In this document: positions 49,601-62,146 of the stretch, piece after piece
Position numbering within the stretch: the first letter of the stretch is position 1
Layout of the letters: the number at the start of each line of letters is the position of its first letter
Assembly: GCF_009914755.1 (NCBI RefSeq)
Contig: NC_060944.1
Origin: the human T2T-CHM13v2.0 reference genome, Homo sapiens
Length of the DNA stretch: 64,000 nucleotides
Reading direction: 5' to 3' (one strand)
The notes under the pieces: generated by a model
Databases searched by the model: none
What the model saw: only the letters and a program-made list of their open reading frames with translations
Told to the model about the DNA's origin: nothing
Translations under genes and position numbers: made by a program

Positions 49601-52600
49601 GGCGTCAAATCAGTCCCAATATCCACTTGCAGATTCTACGAATAAAGTGTTTCAAAACTGCTCTTAGAAAAGGTTTATTCAACTCTGTGTGCTGAATGCG
49701 GACATCACAAAGAAGTTTCTGAGAATGCTTTTGTCTAGTTTTTATGTGAAGACATTTCCTTTTCCACCACAGGCCACGAAGCTCTCCAAATGTCCACTTG
49801 TAGATTCTACAAAAAGAGTGTTTCAAAACTTCTCTATCAAAAGAAAGGTGCAACTTTGTGAGTTGAATGCACACATATCATAGAAGTTTCTGAGAATGCT
49901 TCTGTCTAGCTTATATGTGAAGACATTCCCTTTTCCAATGAAGGCCTCCAAGCAGTCCGAATATCCACTTGCAGATTCTACGAAAAGAGTGTTTCAGTAC
50001 TCCTCTATGAACAGGTATGTTCAACCCTGTGAGGTGAATGCAAACATCACAGAAAAGTTTCTGAGAATGATTCTGTCTGGTTTTTATGTGAAGATATTAC
50101 CTTTTCCCCCGTATTCCTCAAAGCTTTCCATATGTCCACATGCAGATTATACAAAAGGAGTGTTTCAAAACTGCTCTATTAAAAGAGAGTTTGAACTCTG
50201 TGAGTTGAATGCACATATCAGAAAGAAGCTTCTGAGAATGCTTCTGTCTAGTTTTTATGTGCAGATATTCCCGTTTCCAATGAAGGCCTCAAATCAGTCC
50301 AAATATCCACTTGCAGATTCTACGAAAAAAGTGTTTCAAAACTGCTCTTAGAAAAGCTATGTTCAACTCTGTGTGTTGAATGTGAACATCACAAAGAAGT
50401 TTTTGAGAATGCTTCTGTCTAGTTTTTATGTGAAGACATTTCCTTTTCCACCACAGGCCTCGAAGCTCTCCAAATGTCCACTTGTAGATACTACAAAAAG
50501 AGTGTTTCAAAACTGCTCTATCAAAAGAAAGGTACAACTCTGTGAGTTGAAAGCAGACATCTCATAGAAGTTTCTGAGAATGAATCTGTCTAGCTTATAT
50601 GTGAAGACATTCCCATTTCCAATGAAGGCCTCCAAGCAGTCCGAATATCCACTTGCAGATTCTACAAAAAGATTGTTTCAGAACTCCTCTGTGAACAGGT
50701 ATGTTCAACTCTGCGAGTTGAAAGCAAACATCACTAAGTAGTTTCTGAGAATGTTTCTGTCTGGTTTTTATGTGAAGATATTTTCTTTTCCACCATAGGC
50801 CTCAAAGATCTCCTAATGTCCACTTCCAGATTCTACAAAAAAAGTGTTTCAAAAGTCCTCTATCAAAAGAAATGTTCAACTCCTTGAATTGAATGCACAC
50901 ATCACAAAGAAGTTTCTGAGAATGCTTCTGTCTAGTTTTTATGTGAAGATATTCCCGTTTCCAACGAAGGCCTCAAAGCAGTCCAAACACCCACTTGCAG
51001 ATTCTACGAAAAGTATGTTTCAAAGCTGTTCTAAGAAAAAGTATGTTCAACTCCGTGAGTTGAATGCAAACATCATGAAGCAGTTTCTGAGAATGCTTCT
51101 GTCTTGTTTTTATGTGAATTTATTTTCTTTTCCACCACAGGCCTCAAAGCTCTCCAAATGTCCACTTGCAGATTCTACAAAAAGAGTGTTTCAAAACTCC
51201 TCTATCAAAAGAAAGGTTCAAATCTGTGAGTTGAATGTACATACAACAAAGAAGTTTGTGAGAATGTTTCTGTCTAGCTTATATGTGAAGATATACCCGT
51301 TTCCAACGAATGCCTCAAAACAGTCCAAATATCCACTTGCAGATTCTACGAAAAGAGTGTTTCAAAACTGCTCTAAGAAAATGAATGTTCAACTCTTTGA
51401 GTTGAAACCAAACATCAAAAATAAGTTTCTGAGAATGCTTCTGTCTAGTTTTTATGTGAACATATTTCCTTTCCCACTGTAGGCTTCAGAGCTCTCCAAA
51501 TGCCCATTTCCAGATTCCACAAAAAGTGTTTTTCAAAACTGCTCTATGAAAAGAAAGGTTCAACTCTGTGAGTTGAGTGCACACATCACAAAGAGGTTTC
51601 GGAGAATACTTCTGTCTAAGTTTATGTGAAGATATTCCCTTTTCCAACGAAGGCCTAGAGGCAGTCTAAATATCCACTTGCAGATTATGCGAAAAGGCTG
51701 TTACAAAACTGCTCCATGAAGTGTTACGTTCAACTCTGTGAGTTGAATGCAAACATCACAAAGAAGTTTCTGAGAATGCTTCTGTCTGGTTTTTAAGTGA
51801 AGATATTTCCTTTTCCACCATAGGCCTCAAAGCTTTCCAAATGTCCACTTGCAGATTCTACAAAAAGAGTGTTTCAAAACTGCTCTAACAGAAGAAAGGT
51901 TCAACTCTGTGAGTGAAATGCACACATCAAAAAGAAGTTTCTGAGAATGCTTCTGTCTAGTTTTTATGTGAATGTATTTCCTTTTCCACTGTAGGCTTCA
52001 AAGATCTCCAAATGTCCACTCGCAGATTTTACCAAAAGAGTGTTTCAAAACTGCTCTATCAAAAGAAAGTTTCAACTCGGTGAGTTGAAAGCACACATCA
52101 CAAAGAAGTTTCTGAAAATGCTCCTGTCTAGATTTTCTGTGATGATATTCCCATTTCCAACGAAGGCCTCAAAGCAGTGCAAATATCCACTTGCAGATTA
52201 TATGAAAAGAGTGTTTCAAAACTGTTCTATAGACAGATATGTTCAACTCTGTAAGTTGAATGCGAACAACACAAAGAAATTTCAGAGAATGCTTCTGTCT
52301 AGTTTTTATGTGAAGATATTTCCTTTTCCACCATAGGACTCAAAGCTTTCCAAATGTCCACTTGCAGATTCTACAAAAAGAGTGTTTCAAAACTGTTCTA
52401 TCAAAAGAAATGTTTAACTCTGTGAGTCGAATGCACACATCACAAAGAAGTTTCTGAGAATGCTTCTGTCTAGTTTTATGTGAAGATATTTGCTTTTCCA
52501 CCTTAAGCTTCAAAGCTCTCTAAATGTCCACTTGCAGATTTTACCAAAAGAGTGTTTCAAAACTGCTCTATCAAAAGAAAGCTTCAACCCTTTGAGTTGA

Positions 52601-55600
52601 ATTTACTCATCAGAAAGAGGTTTCTGAGAATGCTTCTGTCTAGCGTATATGTGAAGATATTACCGTTTCCAACGAAGGCCTCAAAGCAGTCCAAATATCC
52701 TCCTGCAGAATCTGCAAAAAGAGTGTTTCAAAACTGCTCTAACAAAAGAAAGATTCAATTCTGTGATTTGAATGCACACATCACAAAGAAGTTTCTGGTA
52801 ATGCTTCTTTCTGGCTTTTATGTGAAGATATTTCCTTTTCCACCACAGGCTTCAAAGATTTCCATTGTCCACTTGCAGATTCTACAAAAAGAGTGTTTCA
52901 AAACTGCTCTATCAAAAGAAAGGTTCAATTCTGTGAGGTGAAGGCACACATCACAAAGTTGTTTCTGAGAATCCTTCTCTCTAGTTTTTATGTAAAGATA
53001 TTCCCGTTTCCAACGAAGGCCTCAAAGCCGTCCAAATATCCACTTGCAGATTCTACGAAAAGAGTGTTTCAAAACTGTTCTATGAACAGATATGTTCAAC
53101 TCTGTGAGTTGAATGCAAACATCACAACGAAGTTTCTGAGATACATTTGTCTGATTTTTATGTGAAGATATTTCCGTTTCCACAATAGTCTTCAAAGCTT
53201 TCCAAATGTCCACTTGCAGATTCTACAGAAAGAGTGTTTCAAAACGGCTCTATCAAAGGAAGGTTCAACTCTGTGAATTGAATGCACACATCACAAAGAA
53301 GTTTCTGAGAATGCTTCTGTCCAGTTTTTATGTGAAGATATTCCCCTTTCCAACGAAGGACTCAAAGCAGTTCAAATATCCACTTGCAGATTCCATGAAA
53401 AGAGTGTTTCGAAACTGCTCTATGAAAACCTACGTTCAACTCCCTAAGTTGAATGTAAACATCAAAAGGACGTTTCTGAGAATGCTTCTCTCTGGTTTTT
53501 ATGTGAAGATATTTCCTTTCCCACCATAGGCCTCAAAACTTTCCAAATGTCCACTTGCAGATTCTACAAATAGTGTATTTCAAAACAGCTCTATCAAAAG
53601 AAAGGTTCAACTCTGTGAACTGAATGCAAATATCAGAAAGATGTTTCTCAGAATGCCTCTGTCTAGTTTTTATTTGAAGATATTTCCTTTTCCACCGTAG
53701 GCCTCAAAGATTTCCAAATGTCCACTTGCAGATTCTACAAAAAGTATGTTTCAAAACTGCTCTATCAAAAGAAAGGTTCAACTCTGTGAGATGAATGCAA
53801 ACATCACAAAGAAGTTTCTGAGAATGGCTCTGTCTCAATTTTATGTGAAGGTATTCCCGTTTCCAACGAAGGCCTCAAAGTAGTCCAATATCCAATTGCA
53901 GATTCTACGAAAAGAGTGTGTCAAAACTGCGTATGAAAAGGTAGGTTCAACTCTTTGAGTTGAATGCAAACATCAGAAAGAAGTTTCTGAGAATGCTTCT
54001 CTCTGGTTTTTATGTGAAGATATTTCCTTTTCCGCCGTAGGCCTCAAAGCTTTCCATAAGTCCACTTGCAGATTCTACAAAAAAGTGTTTCAAAACTGCT
54101 TTCTGAAAAGAAAGGTTCCACTCTGTGGGTTGAATGCAAACATCATAAAGAAGTTTGTGAGAATGCTTCTGTCTCTTTTTTTATGTGAAGATATTTCCTT
54201 TTCCAGCACAGGCCTCAAAACTCTCCAAATGTCTTCTTGCAGATTCTACAAAAAGTGTGTTTCAAAACTGCTCTATCAAAAGAAAGATTGAACTCCGTGC
54301 GTTGAATGTGAACATCACAAAGTAGTTTCTGAGAATGCTTCTGTCTAGTTTTTATGTGAACATATTCCCGTTTCCAATGAAAGCCTCAAAGCAGTCCAAA
54401 TATCCACTTGCAGATTCTACGAAAAAAGTGTTTCAAAACTGCTCTTAGAAAAGGTTTATTCAACTCTGTGTGCTGAATGCGGACATCACAAAGAAGTTTC
54501 TGAGAATGCTTTTGTCTAGTTTTTATGTGAAGACATTTCCTTTTCCACCACAGGCCTCGAAGCTCTCCAAATGTCCACTTGTAGATTCTACAAAAAGAGT
54601 GTTTCAAAACTTCTCTATCAAAAGAAAGGTGCAACTTTGTGAGTTGAATGCACACATATCATAGAAGTTTCTGAGAATGCTTCTGTCTAGCTTATATGTG
54701 AAGACATTCCCTTTTCCAATGAAGGCCTCCAAGCAGTCCGAATATCCACTTGCAGATTCTACGAAAAGAGTGTTTCAGTACTCCTCTATGAACAGGCATG
54801 TTCAACTCTGTGAGGTGAATGCAAACATCACAGAAAAGTTTCTGAGAATGATTCTGTCTGGTTTTTATGTGAAGATATTACCTTTTCCACCGTATTCCTC
54901 AAAGCTTTTCATATGTCCACATGCAGATTATACAAAAGGAGTGTTTCAAAACTGCTCTATTAAAAGAGAGTTTGAACTCTGTGAGTTGAATGCACACATC
55001 ACAAAGAAGTTTCTGGGAATGCTTCTGTCTAGATTTTATGTGAAGATACTCCCGTTTCCAACGAAGGCCTCAAAATAGTCCAAATATCCACTTGCATGTT
55101 CTACGAAAAGAGTGTTTCAAAACTGCTCTATGAAAAGGTAGGTTCAACTCTGTGAGTTGAATGGAAGCATCACAAAGAAGTTTCTGGGAATGCTTCTGTC
55201 CGGTTTTTATGTGAAGATATTTCCTTTTCCTCCATAGGCCTCAAAGCTTTCCATATGTCCTCTTCCACATTCTACAAAAAGTGTGTTTCAAAACCGCTCT
55301 ATAAGAAGAAAGGTTTAACTCTGCGAGTTGAATGCACACATAACAAAGAAGTTTCTGAGAATGCTTCTGTCTGGTTTTTATGTGAAGATATTTCCTTTTC
55401 CGCCATAGGCTTCGAAGCTTTCAATATCTCCCCGGGCATATTCTGCAAAAAGAGTCTTTCAAAACTGCTCTATAAAAAGAAAGGTTCAATTCTGTGAGTT
55501 GAATGCGCACATCACAAAGAAGTTTCTGAGAATGCTTCTGTCTAGATTTTATGTGAAGGTATTCCCGTTTCCAACGAAGGCCTCAAAGTAGCCCAAATAT

Positions 55601-58600
55601 CCAATTGTAGATTCTACGAAAAGAGTGTTTCAAAACTTCTGTATGAAAAGGCAAGTTCAACTCTATGAGTTGAATGCAAACATCACAAAGAAGTTTCTGA
55701 GATGCTTCTGTCCGGTTTTTATGTGAAGATATTTCCTTTTCCTCCATAGGCCTCAAAGCTTTCCATATGTCCACTTGCAGATTCTACAAAAAGAGTGTTT
55801 CAAAACTGCTCTATCAAAAGAAAGATTTCACTCTGCGAGTTGAAAGCAAACATCACAAAGAAGTTTCAAAGAATGATTCTATCTGGTTTTTATGTGAAGA
55901 TATTCCCGTTTCCAACGAAGACCTCAAAGCAGTCTAAATATCCACTTGGAGATTCTACGAAAAGAGTGTTTCAAAGCTGCTCTATGAAAAGTTACGTGCA
56001 CCTCTGTGAGTTGATTGCAAACATCACAAAGTAGTCTCTGAGAATGCTTCTCTCTGGTTTTAATGTGAAGATATTTCCTTTTCCACCATAGGCTTCAAAA
56101 CTTTCCAAATATCTACTTGCTGATTCTACAAAAAGGTTGTTTTAAAACTGCTCTATCAGAAGAAAGGTTCAACTCTGTGAGCTGAATGCACACATCACAA
56201 AGAAGTTTCTGAGAATGCTTCTGCCTAGTTTATTTTTGAATATATTACGTTTTTTAACGTAGGCCACAAAGACATGCAAATGTCCACCTGCAGATTTTAC
56301 CAAAAGAGTGTTTCAAAGCTGCTCTATCAAAAGAAAGGTTCAACTCTGTGAGTTGAATGCACAGTTAACAAAGATGTTTCTGTGAATGCTTCTGCCTAGT
56401 TTTAATATGAAGATATTCTCGTTTCCAACGAAGGCCTCAAAGCAGTCCAAATATCCATTGCAGATTCTACGAAAAAAGTGTTTCAAAACTTCTCTTAGTA
56501 AAGGTATATTCAACTCTGTGAGTTTAATGCAAACATCACAAGGAAATTTGTGAGAATGCTTCCGACTGGTTTTTATTTGAAGATATTTCCTTTTCGATCA
56601 TATGCCTCAAAGCTCACCAATTGTACACTTGCAGAATCTACAAAAGGAGTGTTTCAAAACTGCTTTATCAAAAGAAAGGTTCAACTCCGTCAGTTGAATG
56701 CACCCATCACATAGAAGTTTCTGAAAATGTTTCTGTCTAGCTTATATGTGAAGATATCTCCAACTCCAACGAAGGCCTCAAAGCCGTCCAAATATCCCCT
56801 TGCAGATTCAACGAAAAGAGTGTTTCAGAACCCCTCTATGAATAGGTATGTGCCACTCTGTGAGTTGAATGAAAACGTCATAAAGTAATTTCTGAGAATG
56901 CTTCTGTCTAGTTTTTATGTGACGATATATCCTTTTCCACCATAGGCCTCAAATCTTTCAAAATGTCCACTAGCAGATTCTACAAAAAGAGTGTTTCAAA
57001 ACTCCTCTATCAAAAGAAAGGTTCAACTCTGTGAGTTGAATGCACACATCACAAAGGAGTTTCTGACAATGCTTCTGTCTAAATTTTACGTGAAGATATT
57101 CCCGTTTCCAACGAAGGCCTCAAAGACGTCCAAATATCCACTTGCAGATTCTACGAAAAAGAGTGTTTCAAAACAGCTGTCTGAAAAGGTATGTTCAACT
57201 CTGAGTTGAATGCAAACATCGTGAAGAAGTTTGTGAGAATGCTTCTGTCTGGTTTTTATGTGAAGATACTTCCTTTTCCACCATAGGCCTCAAAGCTTTC
57301 CAAATGTCCACTTGCAGACTTTACAAAAAGAGTGTTTCAAAACTGCTCTATCGAAAGAAACATTCAAATCTGTCAGATGAATGTACTCATCACAAAGAAG
57401 TTTCTGAGAATGCTTCTGTCTAGCTTATATGTGAAGATATTCCTGTTTGCAACGAAGGCCTCAAAGCCGTCCAAATGTCCACTTGCAGATACTACGAAAA
57501 GAGTGTTTCGGAACTGCTCTGTGAATAGGTATGTTTAACACTGTGAGTTGAATGCAAACATGACAAAGAAGTTACTGAGAATGTTTCCTTCTGGTTTTTA
57601 TGTGAAGATATTTCGTTTTCCACCATAGGCCTCAAAAATTTCCAAATGTTCACTTGCAGAATCTACAAAAAGAGAGTTTGAAAACTGTTCTCTCAAAAGA
57701 AAGATTCAACTCTGTGAGTTGAATGCACACATCAAAAAGAAGTTTCTGAGAATGCTTCTGTCTAGTTTATATTTGAATATATTACCTTTTCCAATGTAGG
57801 CCACAAAGATATCCAAATTTCCACTTGCAGACTTTACCAAAAGAGTGTTTCAAAACTGCTCTATCAAAAGAATGGTACAACTCTGTGAGTTGAATGCACA
57901 CATCACAAAGAAATTTCTGAGAATGCTTCTGTCTAGTTTTAATATAAAGATAATCTCGTTTCCAAGGAAGACCTCAAAGCTGTACAAATATCCACTGCAG
58001 ATTCTACAAAAAAAGTGTTTCAAAACTGCTCTTAGAAAAGGTATGTTCAACTCTGAGTTGAATGCAAACATAACAAAGAAATTGTGAGAATGCTTCTGTC
58101 TGCTTTTTATTTGAAGATATTTCCTTTTCGACCATATGCCTCAAATCTCACCAATTGTACATTTGCAGATACTACAAATGGAGTGTTTCAAAACTGCTCT
58201 ATCAAAAGAAAGGTTCAACTCTGTGAGTTGAATGCACACATCACAAAGAAGTTTCTCAGAATGCTTCTGTTTAGTTTTTATGTGAAGATATTCCCGTTTC
58301 CAATGATGACCTCAAAGCACTCTAAATATCCACTTGCAGATTCTACGAAAAGAGTGTTTCAAAACTGCTCTATGAAAACTTACGTTCAAATCTGTGAGTT
58401 TAATACAAACATCAGAAAGAAGTTTATGAGAACTCTTCTGTCTGGTTTTTATGTGAAGATATTTCTTTTACCACCACAGGCCTCAAAGTTTCCAAATGTC
58501 CACCTGCAGATTCCACAAAACAGTGTTTCTAAACTGCTCTATCAGAAGAAAGGTTCAAGTGTGTGTGTTGAATGCACTCATCACAAAGAGGTTTCTGAGA

Positions 58601-61600
58601 ATGCTTTTGTCTAGATTTTATGTGAATATATTCCCGTTTCCCAGAAGGCCTCAAAGTAGTCCAAATATCCAATTGCAGATTCTACAAATAGAGTGTTTCC
58701 AAACTGCTGTATGAAAATGTAGGTTCAACTCTGTGAGTTGAATGCAAACATCACAATGTAGTTTCTGAGGATGATTCCGCATGGTTTTTACGTGAAGAAA
58801 TTTCCTTTTCCACCATAGGCCTCAAAGATTTCCAAATGTCCACTTCCAGATTCTACAAAAGGCGTTTTTCAAAACTGCTCTATAAAAAGAAAAGTTCAAC
58901 TCTGTGAGTTGAATGCACACATCACAAAGAAGTTTCTGGGAATGCTTCTGTCTAGATTTTATGTGAAGATATTCCCGTTTCCAACGAAGGCCTCAAAGCA
59001 GTCCAAATATCCACTTGCAGATTCTACGAAAAGAGTGTTTCAAAACTGCTGTATGAAAAGGTTTGTTCGACTCTGAGTTGTATGCAAATATCACAAAGAA
59101 GTTTGTGAGAGTGCTTCTGTATGGTTTTTATGTGAAGATATTTCCTTTTACACGAGAGGTCTCAAATCATCAAAATGTCCACTAGCAGATTCTACAAAAA
59201 GAGTGTTTCAAAACTGCTCTATCAAAAGAAAGGTTCAACTCTGTGAGTTGAATGCTCACTTCACAAAGAAGTTTCTGAGAATGCTTCTTTCTAGATTTTA
59301 TGTGAAGATATTCCCATTTCCAACAAAGGCCTCAAAGCAGTCCAAGTATACATTCGCAGATTCTATGAAAAACTGTTTCAAAACTGTTCTTAGAAAAGGT
59401 TTGTTCAACTCTGTGAGTTGAATGCGAACATCACAAAGAAGTTTCTGAGAATGCTTCTGTCTAATTTTTATATGAATGAATTTCCTTTTCTACCACAGGC
59501 CTCGAAGCTCTCCAAATGTCCACTTGCAGATTCTACAAAATGAATGTTTCAGAACTGCTCTATCAAAAGAAATGTTCAACTGTGATTTGAATGTACACAT
59601 CACAAAGAAGTTTCTGAGAATTCTTCTGTCTAGATTTTTTGTGAAGATATTCCCATTTCCAACGAAGGCCTCAAAGCAGTCCAAATATCCACTTGCAGAT
59701 TCTACGAAAAGAGTGTTTCAAAACTGCTGTATGAAAATGGATGTTGAACTATGTGAGTTGAATGCAAGCATCACAAATAAGTGTGTGAAAATGCTTCTGT
59801 CTTGTTTTTAAGTGAAGATACTTCCTTTTCCACCACAGGCCTCAAAGCTCTCCAAATATCCACTTGCAGATTCTACAAAAAGAGTGTTTCAAAACTGCTC
59901 TATCAAAGGAAAGGTTCAACTCTGTGAGTGAAATGCACACATCACCTAGAAGTTTCTAAGAATTCTTCTGTCTAGCTTATATGTGAAGATATTCCCGTTT
60001 CTAACGAAGGCCTCAAAGCAGTCCAAATATCCACTTGCAGATTCTACGAAAAGAGTGTTTCAGGACTGCTCTATGAACAGGTAGTTCAACACTATGAGTT
60101 GAAAGCAAACATCACAAACAAGTTTCTGAGAATGCTTCTGTCTGGTTTTTATGTGAAGATATTTCCTTTTCCACGATAGGCCTCAAAGCACTACAAATGT
60201 TCACTTGCAGATTCTACAAAAAGAGCGTTTCAAAACTGCTCTATGAAAAGTTACGTTCAACTCTGTGACTCGAATGCAAACCTAACAAAGTTGTTTCTGA
60301 GAATGTTTCTGTCTGGTTTTTATGTGAAGATATTTCCTTTTCAACAATAGGCCTCAAAGTTTTCCAAATATCCACTTGCAGATTCTACAAAAATAGTGTT
60401 TCAAAACTGCTCCATCAATAGAAAGGTTCAACTCTGTGAGTTGAATGCTCACATCACAAAGTAGTTTCTGAGAATGCTTCTGTCTAGTTTATATGTGAAG
60501 ATATTTCCTTTACCAAAGTAGGCCACAAAGATCTCCAAATGTTCAATTGCAGATTTTACCAAGAGTGTTTGAAAACTGCTCTATCAAAAGAAAGGTTCAA
60601 ATCCGTGAGTTCAATGCACACATCTCAAAGAAGTTTCTGAGAATGCTTCTGTCTAGATTTTATGCGAAGATATTCCCGTTTCCAACGAAGTCCTCATAGT
60701 AGTCCAAATATCCAATTGCAGATTCTCCGAAAAGAGGATTTTGAAACTGCTGTATGAAAAGGTAGGTTGAACTCTGTGAGTTGCATGCAAACGTCACAAA
60801 GAAGTTTCTGAGAATGCTTCTGTCGGGTTTTTATGTGAAAATATTTCCATTTCCAACATAGGTCTCAAAGCTTTCCATATATCCAATTGCAGATTCTACA
60901 AAAAGAATGTTTCAAACTACACTGTCAAAAGAAAGGTTCAACTCTGTGAGTTGAATGCACACATCATAAAGAAGTTTCAGAGAATGCTTCAGTCTAGTTT
61001 TTAAGTGAAGATATTCCCGTTTCCAACGAAGGCCTCAAAGCAGTCCAAATACCCACTGGCAGATTCTACCAAAAAAGTATTTCCAAACTGCTCTTAGAAA
61101 AGGTATATTCAACTCTGTGATTTGAATGCAAACATCACAAAGAGATTTGTGAGAATGTTTCTGTCGGTTTTTATGTGAAGATATTTCCTTTTCCACCATA
61201 GGCCTCAAAGCTCACCAATTGTACATTTTCAGATTGTACAAAAGGGTGTTTCAATACTGCTCTATGAAAAGAAAGGTTCAACTCTGTCATTTGAATATTC
61301 TCATCACAAAGAAGTTTATGAGAATGCTTCTGCCTAGATTTTGTGCGAAGATATTCCCGTTTCCAACCAAGGCCTCAAAGTGTTCCAAATATCCACTTGC
61401 GGATTCTACGAAAACAGTGTTTCAAAACTGCTGTATGAAAAGTTATGTTTAACTATGTGAGTTGAATGCAAACATCACAAAGAAGTTTGTGAGAATGCTT
61501 CTGTCTGGTTTTTATGTGAAGATATTTCCTTTTCCACCATAGGCCTCAAAGCTCACCAATTGTACACTTGCAGATTCTACAAAAGGGGTGTTTCAAAAAT

Positions 61601-62146
61601 GCTCTATCAAAAGAAAGGTTCAACTCCGTGAGTTGAATGCACACATCACAAAGAAGTTTCTGAGAATACTTCTGCCTAGATTTTATGTGAAGATATTCCC
61701 ATTTCCAACGAAGACCCCAAAGCAGTCCAAATATCCACTTGCAGATTCTACGAAAAGAGTGATTCAAAACTGCTCTATGAAAATTTGTTTTCAACACTGT
61801 GAGTTGAATGCAAACATCACAAAGAAGTTTCTGAGAATGCTTCTGTCTGGTTTTGATGTGAAAATATTTCTTTTTCCACCAAAAACCTCAAAGCTTTCCA
61901 AATGTCCACTTGCAGCTTCTACAAAAAGAGTGTTTCAAAACTGCTCTAACAGAAGAAAGGTTTAACTCTGTGAGTGAAATGCACACATCGCAAAGAAGTT
62001 TCGGGAAATGCTTCTGTCCAGTTTTTACGTGAAGATATTTCCTTATCCACTGTAGGCCACAAAGATCTCCAAATGTGCAGTTGCAGATTTTACCAAAAGA
62101 GTTTTTGAAAACTGCTCTATCAAAAGAAAGTTTCAACTCCGTGAAT
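37668..62146 (-). repeat. Alpha satellite, alternating A/B monomers, SF5-like, with internal block duplications
   Basis: ~24.5 kb uninterrupted array; about 22 core-intact CENP-B boxes counted by eye, others decayed at CpG (CCCAT…, …CAATGAA). Confidence 0.93.
47753..47832. repeat. 40-bp out-of-register tandem duplication within a monomer
   Basis: CTATGAACAGGTATGTTCAACTCTGTGAGTTGAATG(C/A)AAA at 47753-47792 and 47793-47832. Confidence 0.93.

Noticed and set aside
37668-62146. Live homogeneous higher-order repeat (active centromere core)
   Set aside because: Monomers are divergent with irregular A/B order; only short patches are near-identical.
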